A stretch of DNA of 51,881 nucleotides from Candidatus Zixiibacteriota bacterium (GCA_029932605.1 JAOZPT010000012.1:1-51881); one strand, 5' to 3'. Positions 28,530 through 37,908 are shown, counted from the first letter of the stretch. Notes: generated by a model from the letters alone, not told the origin. Translations and numbers: made by a program.

Positions 28530-29261
28530 ATGGAAAAGACCTTGCCTTTAGAGGATAAGATTAGATCGAGGATACATAGCTGGCTTGAGCAACAGGGTGA
28601 TAGCTTTGTCATATGTATTAAGGAGTTTTGCCAGGGCAATAGAGCCTCGCTTACATCTTTAAGAACATTCCTGAAGGAATTAGGGGCTAAGGTCTTTGCA
28701 GCTGATGGGAAGAAGCTTGATGATGGTCTTTTAGAAGATTTGGAATATGGGATTTTTAATCTGATAGGAAGGTTTACCTCAACACCAGGAGGACCGGAAC
28801 TTTTAAAGGCAATTCAAAAAAACATAGACAGTGAGCTTACCAAGATATTTGCCGAGGTAAAAAGGCGATGGAATTTCAATAATTATAAGGTTGCGGAATC
28901 ATTTGAAGAGCTTGACCCTGGCAATTGTGTTATACCGGCAATTTTTAAAAGTGCCGGTGATGAATATTGTGGTCAGGAGTACTCCAGGGAAAATACACAG
29001 CACCAGGCTCGAATTATACTTGATGAACTTGTGTTATTTGCCAAAAGAGAGTTTCGCGGTGAAAAGAAACGCAAAATTGCTATTAACTGGCTTGAAAATC
29101 CAGAGAAGCGTAAAGATTTTTGCTGGTTTGCCTCGCTTATCGATTCCAGCACTGGAAGTGTGAAAGTAACCCTGACTCGCATTAGGCAGTCGTTTGCAAA
29201 AAAATTTGAGATTAAACATAAAGGGAAAAAACTTATCCTGATTCGTTCGCAGAGCCCTTGA
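28530..29261 (+). CDS. Divergent ECF/sigma70-like protein
   Basis: GGAGGT SD; region-2-like 'GNRASL...LLEDLEYGIFNLI'; region-4.2-like HTH 'FASLIDSSTGSVKVTLTRIRQSF'. Confidence 0.55.
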   Translation: MEKTLPLEDKIRSRIHSWLEQQGDSFVICIKEFCQGNRASLTSLRTFLKELGAKVFAADGKKLDDGLLEDLEYGIFNLIGRFTSTPGGPELLKAIQKNIDSELTKIFAEVKRRWNFNNYKVAESFEELDPGNCVIPAIFKSAGDEYCGQEYSRENTQHQARIILDELVLFAKREFRGEKKRKIAINWLENPEKRKDFCWFASLIDSSTGSVKVTLTRIRQSFAKKFEIKHKGKKLILIRSQSP

Positions 29262-29399
29262 ATCCTAAATGATCCACTTCGGTAAGAAAGCGATTTCTAA
29301 AAAGTATCTTAGCCTTAAATTATAATAAACAAGATAACTAAAAAATCAGATTTAAATAATATCTATATAGCAATTGAGGAATCGACATTTAGATTGATT

Positions 29400-30224
29400 T
29401 TAGAATATTCTGCCGAGACCTTTTTTAGAAGCATTGTATACAGCATCGCCGAATTCATACATAAACTCCATATCATCTTCTTTGAGAGGGCCTTCACGGA
29501 TGGCGGAGATGTTCTCTGTTAGCTGTTTTATGTTGGTGGGGGCTGTTAGGCAAACATGAATATAAGGATTGGAAAGTACAAAACGATAACACATACCCGC
29601 ATTGGGTATCCGTCCATCTTTGGGCCATCCCTTCGGTTGTCTTAAAAGATATCTCCAGCGGGTGGCAGTGTAGCTGACAATACCGGAGTTTGAATATTTA
29701 AGATAGGGAAATATGTCCTGTTCAGCGCCACGATGCGCAGCATTGTAACGCATCATGATAACGTCAGGCTCACCTTTTTGAGCAAGCTGTCCGGCAAATT
29801 TTCGATTATGTGTAGAGATACCATAAAAACGGATTTTGCCCTCTTCACGGAAACGTTGAAACTCCTCCAATATACTCTCGTTAAAATCACCCTCCTTTAG
29901 AACGCCAAGGTGATAGAATATATCGATATAGTCAGTCCTTAGTTTGCGAAGCCTTTTCTCGAGTGTTTTTCGTAGATTTGGATGGCCTATGAGCAGGTTA
30001 TATGAGCCGGTAGTTATAATGAAATCCTCTCGGTGATTTTTTATTACATCTTTTAACACTTTGGTCATCTGCGTATCAAAACCAAACCAGAAGAAAAAAT
30101 TAATTCCCTCATCGATAGCTTTATAAATCGCCTTCTTGCCAGGACGGTAGGTGGCAGAAAGCCCAAGCCGAAACGCTTTAAGACCGGTTCGGCCAAGTGT
30201 TGTATATGTAAAATCCTGCTCCAT
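29400..30224 (-). CDS. Aldo/keto reductase
   Basis: 'LGRTGL...LGL', 'LRKLRTDYID', 'GKIRFYGISTH', 'RYN'. Confidence 0.9.
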   Translation of the reverse strand: MEQDFTYTTLGRTGLKAFRLGLSATYRPGKKAIYKAIDEGINFFFWFGFDTQMTKVLKDVIKNHREDFIITTGSYNLLIGHPNLRKTLEKRLRKLRTDYIDIFYHLGVLKEGDFNESILEEFQRFREEGKIRFYGISTHNRKFAGQLAQKGEPDVIMMRYNAAHRGAEQDIFPYLKYSNSGIVSYTATRWRYLLRQPKGWPKDGRIPNAGMCYRFVLSNPYIHVCLTAPTNIKQLTENISAIREGPLKEDDMEFMYEFGDAVYNASKKGLGRIF

Positions 30225-30277
30225 CTGGTTAATTCAGTACCCGGACGGGTTCCATTGAATGCTTTACGATTATTGTA

Positions 30278-30643
30278 TTATTGAGCGAGTTTTTCAATTT
30301 TTCGTCTTAAAGGGTTCAGTGGTAAAAGTCCTACTATCCGGTCCACAGTTTTCCCCTTGCGGAATAAAATGACTGTGGGAATACTATGTATCTGGTATTG
30401 CATGGCGGTTCTTGGGTTCTGATCAACGTTCATTTTGAATATGTTCACCCGTCCTGCATATTCCGGACCAATTTCATCTAATAGACCTCCCATGACCTGA
30501 CAGGGTGGGCATCGAAGAGACCAGAAATCGACCACGGCTGGAATATCAGAGGCTAAAACCTCTTGCTCGAAGGTTTCATCGGTAACCGGGCGAGGTTTCC
30601 CTGGTTTTGGAGGTCTGTTAAACAGATTTTTAAAAAGTCCCAT
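30278..30643 (-). CDS. Thioredoxin
   Basis: 'VVDFWSLRCPPC', 'SIPT'. Confidence 0.92.
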   Translation of the reverse strand: MGLFKNLFNRPPKPGKPRPVTDETFEQEVLASDIPAVVDFWSLRCPPCQVMGGLLDEIGPEYAGRVNIFKMNVDQNPRTAMQYQIHSIPTVILFRKGKTVDRIVGLLPLNPLRRKIEKLAQ

Positions 30644-30710
30644 AATTTTTTATCTCCGTTATTAAGTTTGACTGGCTAAGATTAAAGTGTTTTAATATTT
30701 CGTACAGTTA

Positions 30711-31064
30711 CTAAACCTTAGCTACTATATAAATATAACGCAGTGGCTTTGAACCAGTGTTATAAACATTATGTTGTGTATGTGGAGGATTGAATGCTAC
30801 CTGTTGTTTTGAAATCTTCCTTCTACCGATACTATCTGTTTTCAATTCTCCATTACCCTCAAGCACAATTATAAGCTCCTCGTAGTTTTCGGTGTTATGT
30901 GAGCCGACATCTTGGCCGGGTTGAAGTGTTACCAGGCCGGATCGCATGGTGGCGGTCTGAGATTTATTTAAAATCTCAAAGTGCTCTGTATATTCATCAG
31001 GCAGGTTAACAATAAGTGGAGTCTTTACATTTATGCTTTTAAGATTTTCATCGGGTTTCCTCAT
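30711..31064 (-). CDS. Cupin domain protein
   Basis: 'LQPGQDVGSHNT..EELIIVLEG', 'PPHTQHNVYNTG'. Confidence 0.88.
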   Translation of the reverse strand: MRKPDENLKSINVKTPLIVNLPDEYTEHFEILNKSQTATMRSGLVTLQPGQDVGSHNTENYEELIIVLEGNGELKTDSIGRRKISKQQVAFNPPHTQHNVYNTGSKPLRYIYIVAKV

Positions 31065-31182
31065 AAATCATCCTTTTTGTTTTACGTACATCGATTCAAT
31101 CGATTGTTTATTTTTACGGGTCAGGGTTTAAAAACCCGGTACATCATATATTATTATATAAATATTAATAATTATATCAACA

Positions 31183-31617
31183 TCAATCCTCAGGCGAGGT
31201 GCGTTTGGAGCAATAAGCGATATTATCGGCAAATATGTATCCTGCTTTTTTAAAAGCCCTAAACGATGGATCGTTGTCACCCTCAATAAGTGCTGCTATC
31301 ACCTTAATCCCGAGATTATGCAGGAAATCCTCACATTCTTCTATCAATTTACCGGCCAATCCCTGACCACGGTAATCCGGATCTATCGCCAACCGATTTA
31401 TCCATCCCTTGCGACCATCAGAGCTTCCGATAACCGAGCCAATCATTTTATCGTCATCGAACATGCCCAGGATACAGGTCTCGTGGCGCTTGAACTCTTT
31501 TGCCATCTTCTCATATGAATCCCGTCCTTTAGGCCGGTGGGATAGCTCACAACGTTGCCAGAGCTGTAATAGCTCTTCGTGGTCGTTTATATTAAGTTGG
31601 CGGATTTGGTAGGTCAT
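31183..31617 (-). CDS. GNAT acetyltransferase (YpeA-like)
   Basis: 'DGRKGWINRLAIDPDYRGQGLA', 'N..S...FKKAGY'. Confidence 0.9.
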   Translation of the reverse strand: MTYQIRQLNINDHEELLQLWQRCELSHRPKGRDSYEKMAKEFKRHETCILGMFDDDKMIGSVIGSSDGRKGWINRLAIDPDYRGQGLAGKLIEECEDFLHNLGIKVIAALIEGDNDPSFRAFKKAGYIFADNIAYCSKRTSPED

Positions 31618-31635
31618 GTGTTTGATTATTTTGTA

Positions 31636-31704
31636 TTCATTTTGTCGGGTTTCTGCGGAATCCGACCTACATCATTCCCTCACATCCTCCAATAACTTGT
31701 CTAC
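31636..31704. repeat. Direct repeat copy 1: remnant moxR 3' end plus hairpin
   Basis: Matches 31944-32013 with a 22-bp identical core TACATCATTCCCTCACATCCTC; minus strand reads VDKLLEDVRE*. Confidence 0.9.
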
Positions 31705-31922
31705 ATTCCCATCAGCTCAAGCACCTTGTACATCAACACTGCCGGCCAGACAAGGGCTTTGAGGACACCAAGCACCCCCATCCAGAATGAAGTCGCATGC
31801 CCGACGTAATAGACCACTCCGCCGATAAAAGCCAGGCCATATATACCACCTGAAATACCATTGCAATCTAAACCTTTGTCTTTTTTACGTTCTTGTGAGC
31901 TCAAATTGTCGTTACCTGTCAT
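31701..31922 (-). CDS. Small membrane protein (73 aa)
   Basis: AGGAGG SD; 'GGIYGLAFIGGVVYY...FWMGVLGVLKALVWP' two-TM pattern. Confidence 0.75.
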   Translation of the reverse strand: MTGNDNLSSQERKKDKGLDCNGISGGIYGLAFIGGVVYYVGHATSFWMGVLGVLKALVWPAVLMYKVLELMGM

Positions 31923-31943
31923 TTTGTCCTCCTGAGTTTGAAG

Positions 31944-32013
31944 TTCGTTTTGTCGGGTTTATTGCAGAACCCGACTTACATCATTCCCTCACATCCTCAA
32001 GCAACTTATCAAC
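31944..32013. repeat. Direct repeat copy 2: current moxR 3' end plus GTCGGGTT/AACCCGAC hairpin
   Basis: Direct alignment to 31636-31704. Confidence 0.9.
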
Positions 32014-32979
32014 TATATCCAGCACGCTTACATCCTCGGCCTCGGCGGCAAATGATGTAACTATGCGGTGACGCATAACCGGCTTGGCGACTGCCCGTAT
32101 ATCATCAACCGAGGGTGTGGGACGGCCATAGAGGATGGCGCGAGTTTTAGCGCCCAGTATCATATATTGTGATGCTCGAGGGCCTGCTCCCCAGCTAACC
32201 CAGTTCTTGATATAGTCCGGGGCAACAGAGCCACCACCGACACGTGTAGCGCGTGCAAGCTTTACTGCATAGGCGATAACATGGTCACTTACCGGCACCC
32301 GACGGACGAGGTTCTGAAGGTTTGTTATATCTTCACCCCTCATGATGACATCGACATCGGAGATGTAAGCTGAGGTGGTGGTTCGGATTATCTCATTCTC
32401 CTCGGCCTCGGAGGGGTAATCGACAAATATATTGAACATAAACCTGTCAAGCTGTGCTTCGGGAAGAGGATATGTTCCTTCAAGTTCGATAGGGTTTTGT
32501 GTAGCCAGCACAAAGAATGGCTGTTCGAGTTTGAATGTCTGGCCACCAGTGGTCACCTCGTTTTCCTGCATCGCCTGTAGAAGAGCGGCCTGGGTTTTCG
32601 GTGGTGTGCGGTTTATCTCGTCGGCTAAGATGATATTGGCGAAGACTGGCCCTTTCACAAAACGGAATTCCCTAGTACCGGTTGTGCGGTTTTCTTCGAT
32701 AATCTCGGTGCCGGTTATATCGGAAGGCATTAGATCGGGAGTAAACTGGATGCGTGAGAATTTCAAATCGAGTGTTCTGGCAAGAGTAGATATCATAAGG
32801 GTTTTAGCAAGTCCGGGTACTCCTACCAGAAGGCAATGGCCCCGGGAAAGTATAGCTATCAATAACTCCTCGATAACTCTTTCCTGGCCGACTATCACTT
32901 TGGCCAGTTCATTTTTTATTTTGTTGAATCCTTCCTTTAATTTTTCAACAGTTTCAAGGTCACTTTTTTCGGGCACCAT
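31981..32979 (-). CDS. moxR: MoxR-family AAA+ ATPase
   Basis: GGAGGAG SD before ATG 32979; 'GVPGLAKT', 'RIQFTPDLMPSDITG', 'ADEINR', 'ATQNPIE..GTYPLPEAQLDRF'. Confidence 0.95.
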   Translation of the reverse strand: MVPEKSDLETVEKLKEGFNKIKNELAKVIVGQERVIEELLIAILSRGHCLLVGVPGLAKTLMISTLARTLDLKFSRIQFTPDLMPSDITGTEIIEENRTTGTREFRFVKGPVFANIILADEINRTPPKTQAALLQAMQENEVTTGGQTFKLEQPFFVLATQNPIELEGTYPLPEAQLDRFMFNIFVDYPSEAEENEIIRTTTSAYISDVDVIMRGEDITNLQNLVRRVPVSDHVIAYAVKLARATRVGGGSVAPDYIKNWVSWGAGPRASQYMILGAKTRAILYGRPTPSVDDIRAVAKPVMRHRIVTSFAAEAEDVSVLDIVDKLLEDVRE

Positions 32980-33176
32980 TGCTCCTCCAGATTTATTGAA
33001 TTTCACTTTTACTGAACATTAGGTCGGGTTTTAAAATAAAACCTTTCCTTAATATTATATTATACGCAATTGAAACCCACACATGTAATCTTTTTTACGT
33101 TATTTTTAGCGTGCCAATAAAGTTCTTTGGTTTTAGCTGAAAATTTGATATTTTTGATATCTGGAGGAGATAAGTT

Positions 33177-33758
33177 ATGAACATTTTACAATTTATCAAG
33201 TCGAGACGGTCGATACGCAAATTTTTTGATAAATCGATTGAGCCAGAAAAGATTGCTATTATCCTTGAGGCTGGGAGATGGGCTCCCTCTGCTGGTAACT
33301 GCCAGCCCTGGCGGTTCTTGGTGATTACCGACGAGAAGAAAATCCAAAACTTAGACCCATTGTTCCATCAGCCATGGGTGGAAAAAGCGCCATTGGTTAT
33401 TGTGGTTCTGGCGGTGCCTGCCGACAGTCAAAAGCGCTATGGTAAAGGAAGTAATTACTATATCATGGATTGCTCTGCTGCAATCCAAAACATGCTATTG
33501 ATGGCGCATGGTTTGGGGCTTGGCGCAGTTTGGGTGGGTGCATTTTCTAAAAAAGCTGTGCGAGAACAACTTGATATTCCAGATATTTATGAAGTTTTTG
33601 CCTTGATTCCGATGGGGTATTATTCAAATGAGGATTCCGTTAAATTCGATGGCGGCATATTCTCAAATCGTGAGCGCTCACGGCGGAAAAATCTCAATGA
33701 AATAGCTTTTGCCGAAGACCTTGATAATCCATGGATAATTAAGCCTGAAGAAATTTAA
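33177..33758 (+). CDS. Nitroreductase family protein
   Basis: 'RRSIRKF', 'APSAGNCQPW', 'QNMLLMAHGLGLGAVW'. Confidence 0.93.
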   Translation: MNILQFIKSRRSIRKFFDKSIEPEKIAIILEAGRWAPSAGNCQPWRFLVITDEKKIQNLDPLFHQPWVEKAPLVIVVLAVPADSQKRYGKGSNYYIMDCSAAIQNMLLMAHGLGLGAVWVGAFSKKAVREQLDIPDIYEVFALIPMGYYSNEDSVKFDGGIFSNRERSRRKNLNEIAFAEDLDNPWIIKPEEI

Positions 33759-34274
33759 AGTCTTGTAAAACCTCAATATTGACCATCAACTGTAATGGCT
33801 AATGCATCGGTCGGGATTATATACCATAATGATGACCGAAATAAACATGAATGAGTGCATGGTTTTGAATTTTGATGGACATTACTCTTGACTTTTTAGA
33901 GCATGATAACTATGTATTACCCATGGTGAAATGTTATGGTGGTTTCCTGTGTGAATGAGTCTTAGGGGTTTAATACTCTAAATGTTAGATTTTACTGGTA
34001 CCGACAAAGAAGTAAAAACTTATTACAAATGTTTTATATTCCAAGAAGGTAATTCCCAAAAAATAGAAATATGTTTGAGTTATGATAAAAATCGATTATA
34101 TTGCCCGATAAGGTTGGTAAATTATAAGGAGAGTAAACACCAATTAAAATCGAAGTAATGAAATTATGTGCGAGACAGTAGAAGGCGAATCGGCATTTAG
34201 AGATAATATTATTTATAACAATTGAATAAAAACCTAAAAAAGCGCATTTCTAATTATTTCGGAACAGGGAGAAG

Positions 34275-34832
34275 ATGAAAATGCCCGAATGTCAACACCA
34301 GTGGGAAATGACAAATATCAAATTTGGTTTTGTTGTTTTTGAGAAATGTTTTCATTGTAATGGATTGAGAACATATTTTTCCACGGAAGACACTCCCATT
34401 CTTGGTGATAAGTATCGTGAAGGTAATCACTTCTGGAGCAGAGTGGAAAATGCCCAATCATTCAGATTTGACCTTAAGTGTATGAAATGTGGCCATCTGG
34501 AGAAATTTGAAGACCTTATGGGCCTTTTATACTGTACCGGATGTTTGCCCGATTGTGAGGTGGAAATATTGCGAAAGAAATATGAGGCGGAGAGAACCTG
34601 GGTTGTAGTAGCATTTGGTTTTCTTCCCGAAGCAATAGCAAAACCAATTCCTTCATACAAACTGAACATGCTTACTGACTATTTCAACCAGAGAAGAGAT
34701 ACATCACGTTCAAAGATTAAAGTTATTTCGTTTAATCTGATATCAGACCTTTCTCGCTGTAAAGGAGAGTTTATTCATGATGTGGGTATGCTTTCCTTGG
34801 AACCGCCAAAGGGTAGAAAACCTCTATTTTGA
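34275..34832 (+). CDS. Cys-rich hypothetical protein (putative metal-binding)
   Basis: GGGAG SD; CxHxW, CFHC, CMKC, CTGCLPDC. Confidence 0.7.
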   Translation: MKMPECQHQWEMTNIKFGFVVFEKCFHCNGLRTYFSTEDTPILGDKYREGNHFWSRVENAQSFRFDLKCMKCGHLEKFEDLMGLLYCTGCLPDCEVEILRKKYEAERTWVVVAFGFLPEAIAKPIPSYKLNMLTDYFNQRRDTSRSKIKVISFNLISDLSRCKGEFIHDVGMLSLEPPKGRKPLF

Positions 34833-34876
34833 ATTCAATATGAATTCATTCCACAAAATCAAGTAGGAGAGCTTTA

Positions 34877-35212
34877 ATGACTACTCAAGACCTGATTGAA
34901 AAGATCGGACTCAAGCCGTTGAGTAAGTTCGAACACCGAAACGTAGATGGTGTATTCGTTTCGGATATGTTAAGTGATGTCATGGCCAATGCCAAGTCAG
35001 GGAACCTCTGGCTGACGATCCAGACTCATAAAAGTATCGTTCCTGCGGCCAATCTGGTGGATGTTTCTGCGGTAATTATTACCGGTGGCAAGGAGGTTCC
35101 GCAGGAAACTGTGGATCTTGCCAGTAAATATAATATCGCCGTTCTATCCTCCGAATTCCCTACTTTCGATTTGATAGGAAAACTTTATGGATTGGGTCTA
35201 GGAACCAAATAA
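34877..35212 (+). CDS. DRTGG domain protein
   Basis: 'SDMLSDVM...LWLTIQTH..IV..A'. Confidence 0.88.
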   Translation: MTTQDLIEKIGLKPLSKFEHRNVDGVFVSDMLSDVMANAKSGNLWLTIQTHKSIVPAANLVDVSAVIITGGKEVPQETVDLASKYNIAVLSSEFPTFDLIGKLYGLGLGTK

Positions 35213-35306
35213 CCGGTTTGAGAATTAACTGAGGCCATTTACAAGCCAATATTGGTAAGTTGAACAGCTGGTTAATCTATAGCAACATTAGAAGCAGGGT
35301 TACCAC

Positions 35307-36104
35307 TTGGAGATTAAGGTGATAAAAGAAGTATTGGGAGCTTCTGTAATCGAAGGTGAGGATAAACTTGATACCGTGGTTGAGCACATATACGCTTCTG
35401 ATCTTATGAGTGATGTTTTAGCCTTTGGCAAACCTGATTCAATTCTGCTTACCGGATTAGCCACTCAACAGGCTGTTATATCTGCTCACATGGCGGAGTT
35501 TAAAGGGGTTGTATTCATTAGGGGTAAAAAACCCAAAGATGGTTCAGAGAAGTTTGCAAGAGACAACAATCTGGTTTTAATCTCCACAGAGTTGGATATG
35601 TATGATTCCTGTATCAGAATAGATTCAGCAAGAAAACAAAAATACATGGAGTTGAAAAACAGTCAGGTTGAGAAAAAAAAAGAGGAAATTTTACTTGTCC
35701 ACGAGTTCTTTGTTCAGGGTAAAGATTTTGCAAATGCAGGAATGGTGTCCACGGAAATTAAGTCTATCCTGAAAAAGATAGGATTTGACCCCAAGATAGT
35801 CCGTAGAGTTGCTATTTCCACCTATGAGGGTGAGATGAATGTGGTTATGCACGCCAACGAGGCGAAGGTATATCTTTCGGTTACTCCAAGGCTTATTGAG
35901 ATTGTGATTGACGATGAGGGTAATGGCATTCCGGATGTAGAGCTGGCTATGCAGGAGGGATTTACTACCGCCACTGAAGAAATGAGGGCTATGGGATTTG
36001 GCTCGGGGATGGGACTGCCAAATATTAAGAAAAACTCGGATGAGCTGGAAATTAAAAGCGAGGTTGGAAAGGGGACTAAACTCCAGATAAGGTTTTTTAT
36101 ATAG
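35307..36104 (+). CDS. DRTGG + anti-sigma-type Ser/Thr kinase (HATPase) fusion
   Basis: TTG start; 'ASDLMSDVLAF'; 'YEGEMNVVMHA', 'DEGNGI', 'GFGSGMGLPNI'. Confidence 0.85.
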   Translation: MEIKVIKEVLGASVIEGEDKLDTVVEHIYASDLMSDVLAFGKPDSILLTGLATQQAVISAHMAEFKGVVFIRGKKPKDGSEKFARDNNLVLISTELDMYDSCIRIDSARKQKYMELKNSQVEKKKEEILLVHEFFVQGKDFANAGMVSTEIKSILKKIGFDPKIVRRVAISTYEGEMNVVMHANEAKVYLSVTPRLIEIVIDDEGNGIPDVELAMQEGFTTATEEMRAMGFGSGMGLPNIKKNSDELEIKSEVGKGTKLQIRFFI

Positions 36105-36145
36105 TTTTTGATTGTTAGTTTGATAGGCAGGAAAGCGGAAGTAAA

Positions 36146-37414
36146 TTGGCGCAGTATTATCATGCATATAAGGTAATTGCAGAGAAATGCCGTGGACATA
36201 TGGCTTGTATGCGGGCCTGTCCCACCCAGGCAATTCGAATAAGAGATGGTAAGGCATTCATATCAGATGAACTTTGTGTCGATTGTGGTAACTGCATATC
36301 TATATGTCCATCAGGTGCAATTGTCCCGATTACTGATACTATTTCTGAAATTTCCCATTTTAAGTATAATGTAGTGGTTCCTTCTCCGGTGCTTTATTCT
36401 CAATTCGGATCAGATATTCACCCCTATATCATCCATCTGGCTTTCAAAAAGCTAGGTTTCGACCAAGTCGTGGATGTCAATATATCCTCTGCGGCTTTAG
36501 CTGTGGCATTGGTCAAGTATATGAAGACGTATAAGGGTAGGTCTCCGCTTATATCATCTCATTGCCCTTCTGTGCTCAGATTGATCCAGGTGAAATACCC
36601 CGATCTGGTTGAGCTTATAGTGCCTTTAGAAGTACCCAGAGAGATAACTGCCCGAGAAATAAGGAGAAACCTCCCAAGCAAATTGAGATTAAAGGCAGAG
36701 GATATTGGAATAATTTACATAGCCCCTTGTCCGGCAAAAATAGTCTCCATAAAACAACCAGCCGAAAAAGCAAGGTCTTACTTTGATGGGGTTGTCTCAA
36801 TAAGAGATATATATTCGGTATTGATTCCTCATGTTGTAGCTATTAAACAAAACTTTGATGTCAATCAGGTTCCTCACGATTTCTCCTTTAATCCGGGTTG
36901 GGCTGAACTTGGAGGTATCACTCGCTCTGTTGATACGGAAAATTGGTTGGCTGTATCTGGATTAGATCACGTAATGAAGATACTCAATGATATTGAGAGT
37001 TCGCGGCTAAGAAATGTCGAATTTGTAGAGGCGATGGCGTGTATGTTGGGTTGTATTGGTGGCCCATTTAGTGTGGAAAGTCCTTACGTGGCGCGAACTA
37101 ATAGTATCAAACAAAGAATGAAATATGAAAATACTATAAAGATTGATGATGATGATGTCTCGCAAAAGCTTGAAGACGGATATTATTTCCTTGAAAATCC
37201 GATCTTACCTCGTCCCACTAAATACTTCGACACAGACCTTGAAACATCAATAAAGAGAATGAAAGAAAGAGAAAGGGTATATCAAAAGCTTCCCCAGATT
37301 GATTGTGGTTGCTGTGGCGCGCCTACCTGTATGGCTTTTGCTGAGGATTTTGTTAGGGGTGAAGCAGAACTCACTGATTGCATATTTCTTGCTCAAAAAG
37401 GAAAAAAGGAATGA
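36146..37414 (+). CDS. [FeFe]-hydrogenase-like protein (group C/D-type) with N-terminal 4Fe-4S dicluster and C-terminal FeS domain
   Basis: 'CRGHMACMRACP', 'CVDCGNCISICP'; H-cluster motifs 'SSHCP', 'APCPAK', 'EAMACMLGCIGG'; 'DCGCCGAPTC...DC'. Confidence 0.85.
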   Translation: MAQYYHAYKVIAEKCRGHMACMRACPTQAIRIRDGKAFISDELCVDCGNCISICPSGAIVPITDTISEISHFKYNVVVPSPVLYSQFGSDIHPYIIHLAFKKLGFDQVVDVNISSAALAVALVKYMKTYKGRSPLISSHCPSVLRLIQVKYPDLVELIVPLEVPREITAREIRRNLPSKLRLKAEDIGIIYIAPCPAKIVSIKQPAEKARSYFDGVVSIRDIYSVLIPHVVAIKQNFDVNQVPHDFSFNPGWAELGGITRSVDTENWLAVSGLDHVMKILNDIESSRLRNVEFVEAMACMLGCIGGPFSVESPYVARTNSIKQRMKYENTIKIDDDDVSQKLEDGYYFLENPILPRPTKYFDTDLETSIKRMKERERVYQKLPQIDCGCCGAPTCMAFAEDFVRGEAELTDCIFLAQKGKKE

Positions 37415-37455
37415 CCAATAAAAGATCTTTTTGAATCTGCAAAGGAGAATGTTCT

Positions 37456-37908
37456 GTGATGAATAATGATTATATCGAGATATTCTCCGGATTCAAGGGT
37501 GAGGAAAGTGATTTAATTCCCATCCTTCAAAGAACACAGGAAAAGTTCAGATATATTCCCAAGGAGATTATCAAACAGATGTCACGGTTTTTGAAAATAT
37601 CTGAGAATCAGATTTATGGGGTGGCTTCATTCTATTCTCAGTTCAAATTTGTTGAACCGGGGAAATTCACAATAAAAGTTTGTATGGGAACGGCCTGCCA
37701 TGTCCGGGGAGGCCAAAGACTCTATGAGGCTTTAAAAAGAGAACTTGGTGTCTCCACAGGGCAGACAACCAAAGATAAACGATTCGATTTACAGCGAGTG
37801 GCTTGCTTAGGATGTTGTGCTTTAGCACCTGTGATTCAGATCAATGATGACATCTATAGCAGGGTGGCGGTTATTCGTTTGAAACAGATTTTAGAAAAAT
37901 ATGAATAG
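37456..37908 (+). CDS. NuoE/HydC-like 2Fe-2S subunit
   Basis: 'VASFYSQF', 'CMGTACHVRG', 'CLGCCALAP'. Confidence 0.93.
   Translation: MMNNDYIEIFSGFKGEESDLIPILQRTQEKFRYIPKEIIKQMSRFLKISENQIYGVASFYSQFKFVEPGKFTIKVCMGTACHVRGGQRLYEALKRELGVSTGQTTKDKRFDLQRVACLGCCALAPVIQINDDIYSRVAVIRLKQILEKYE

Noticed and set aside
32432..33022. 196-aa + strand ORF
   Set aside because: Antisense shadow of moxR with no recognisable motifs.
33759..34274. Riboswitch or Rex operator upstream of the redox operon
   Set aside because: No recognisable riboswitch core or TTGTGAA-N4-TTCACAA site, only a weak TCGGTC/GACCGA pairing. An Rfam scan would be needed.
35691..36257. 188-aa minus strand ORF
   Set aside because: Overlaps two well-supported + strand genes and has no motif.
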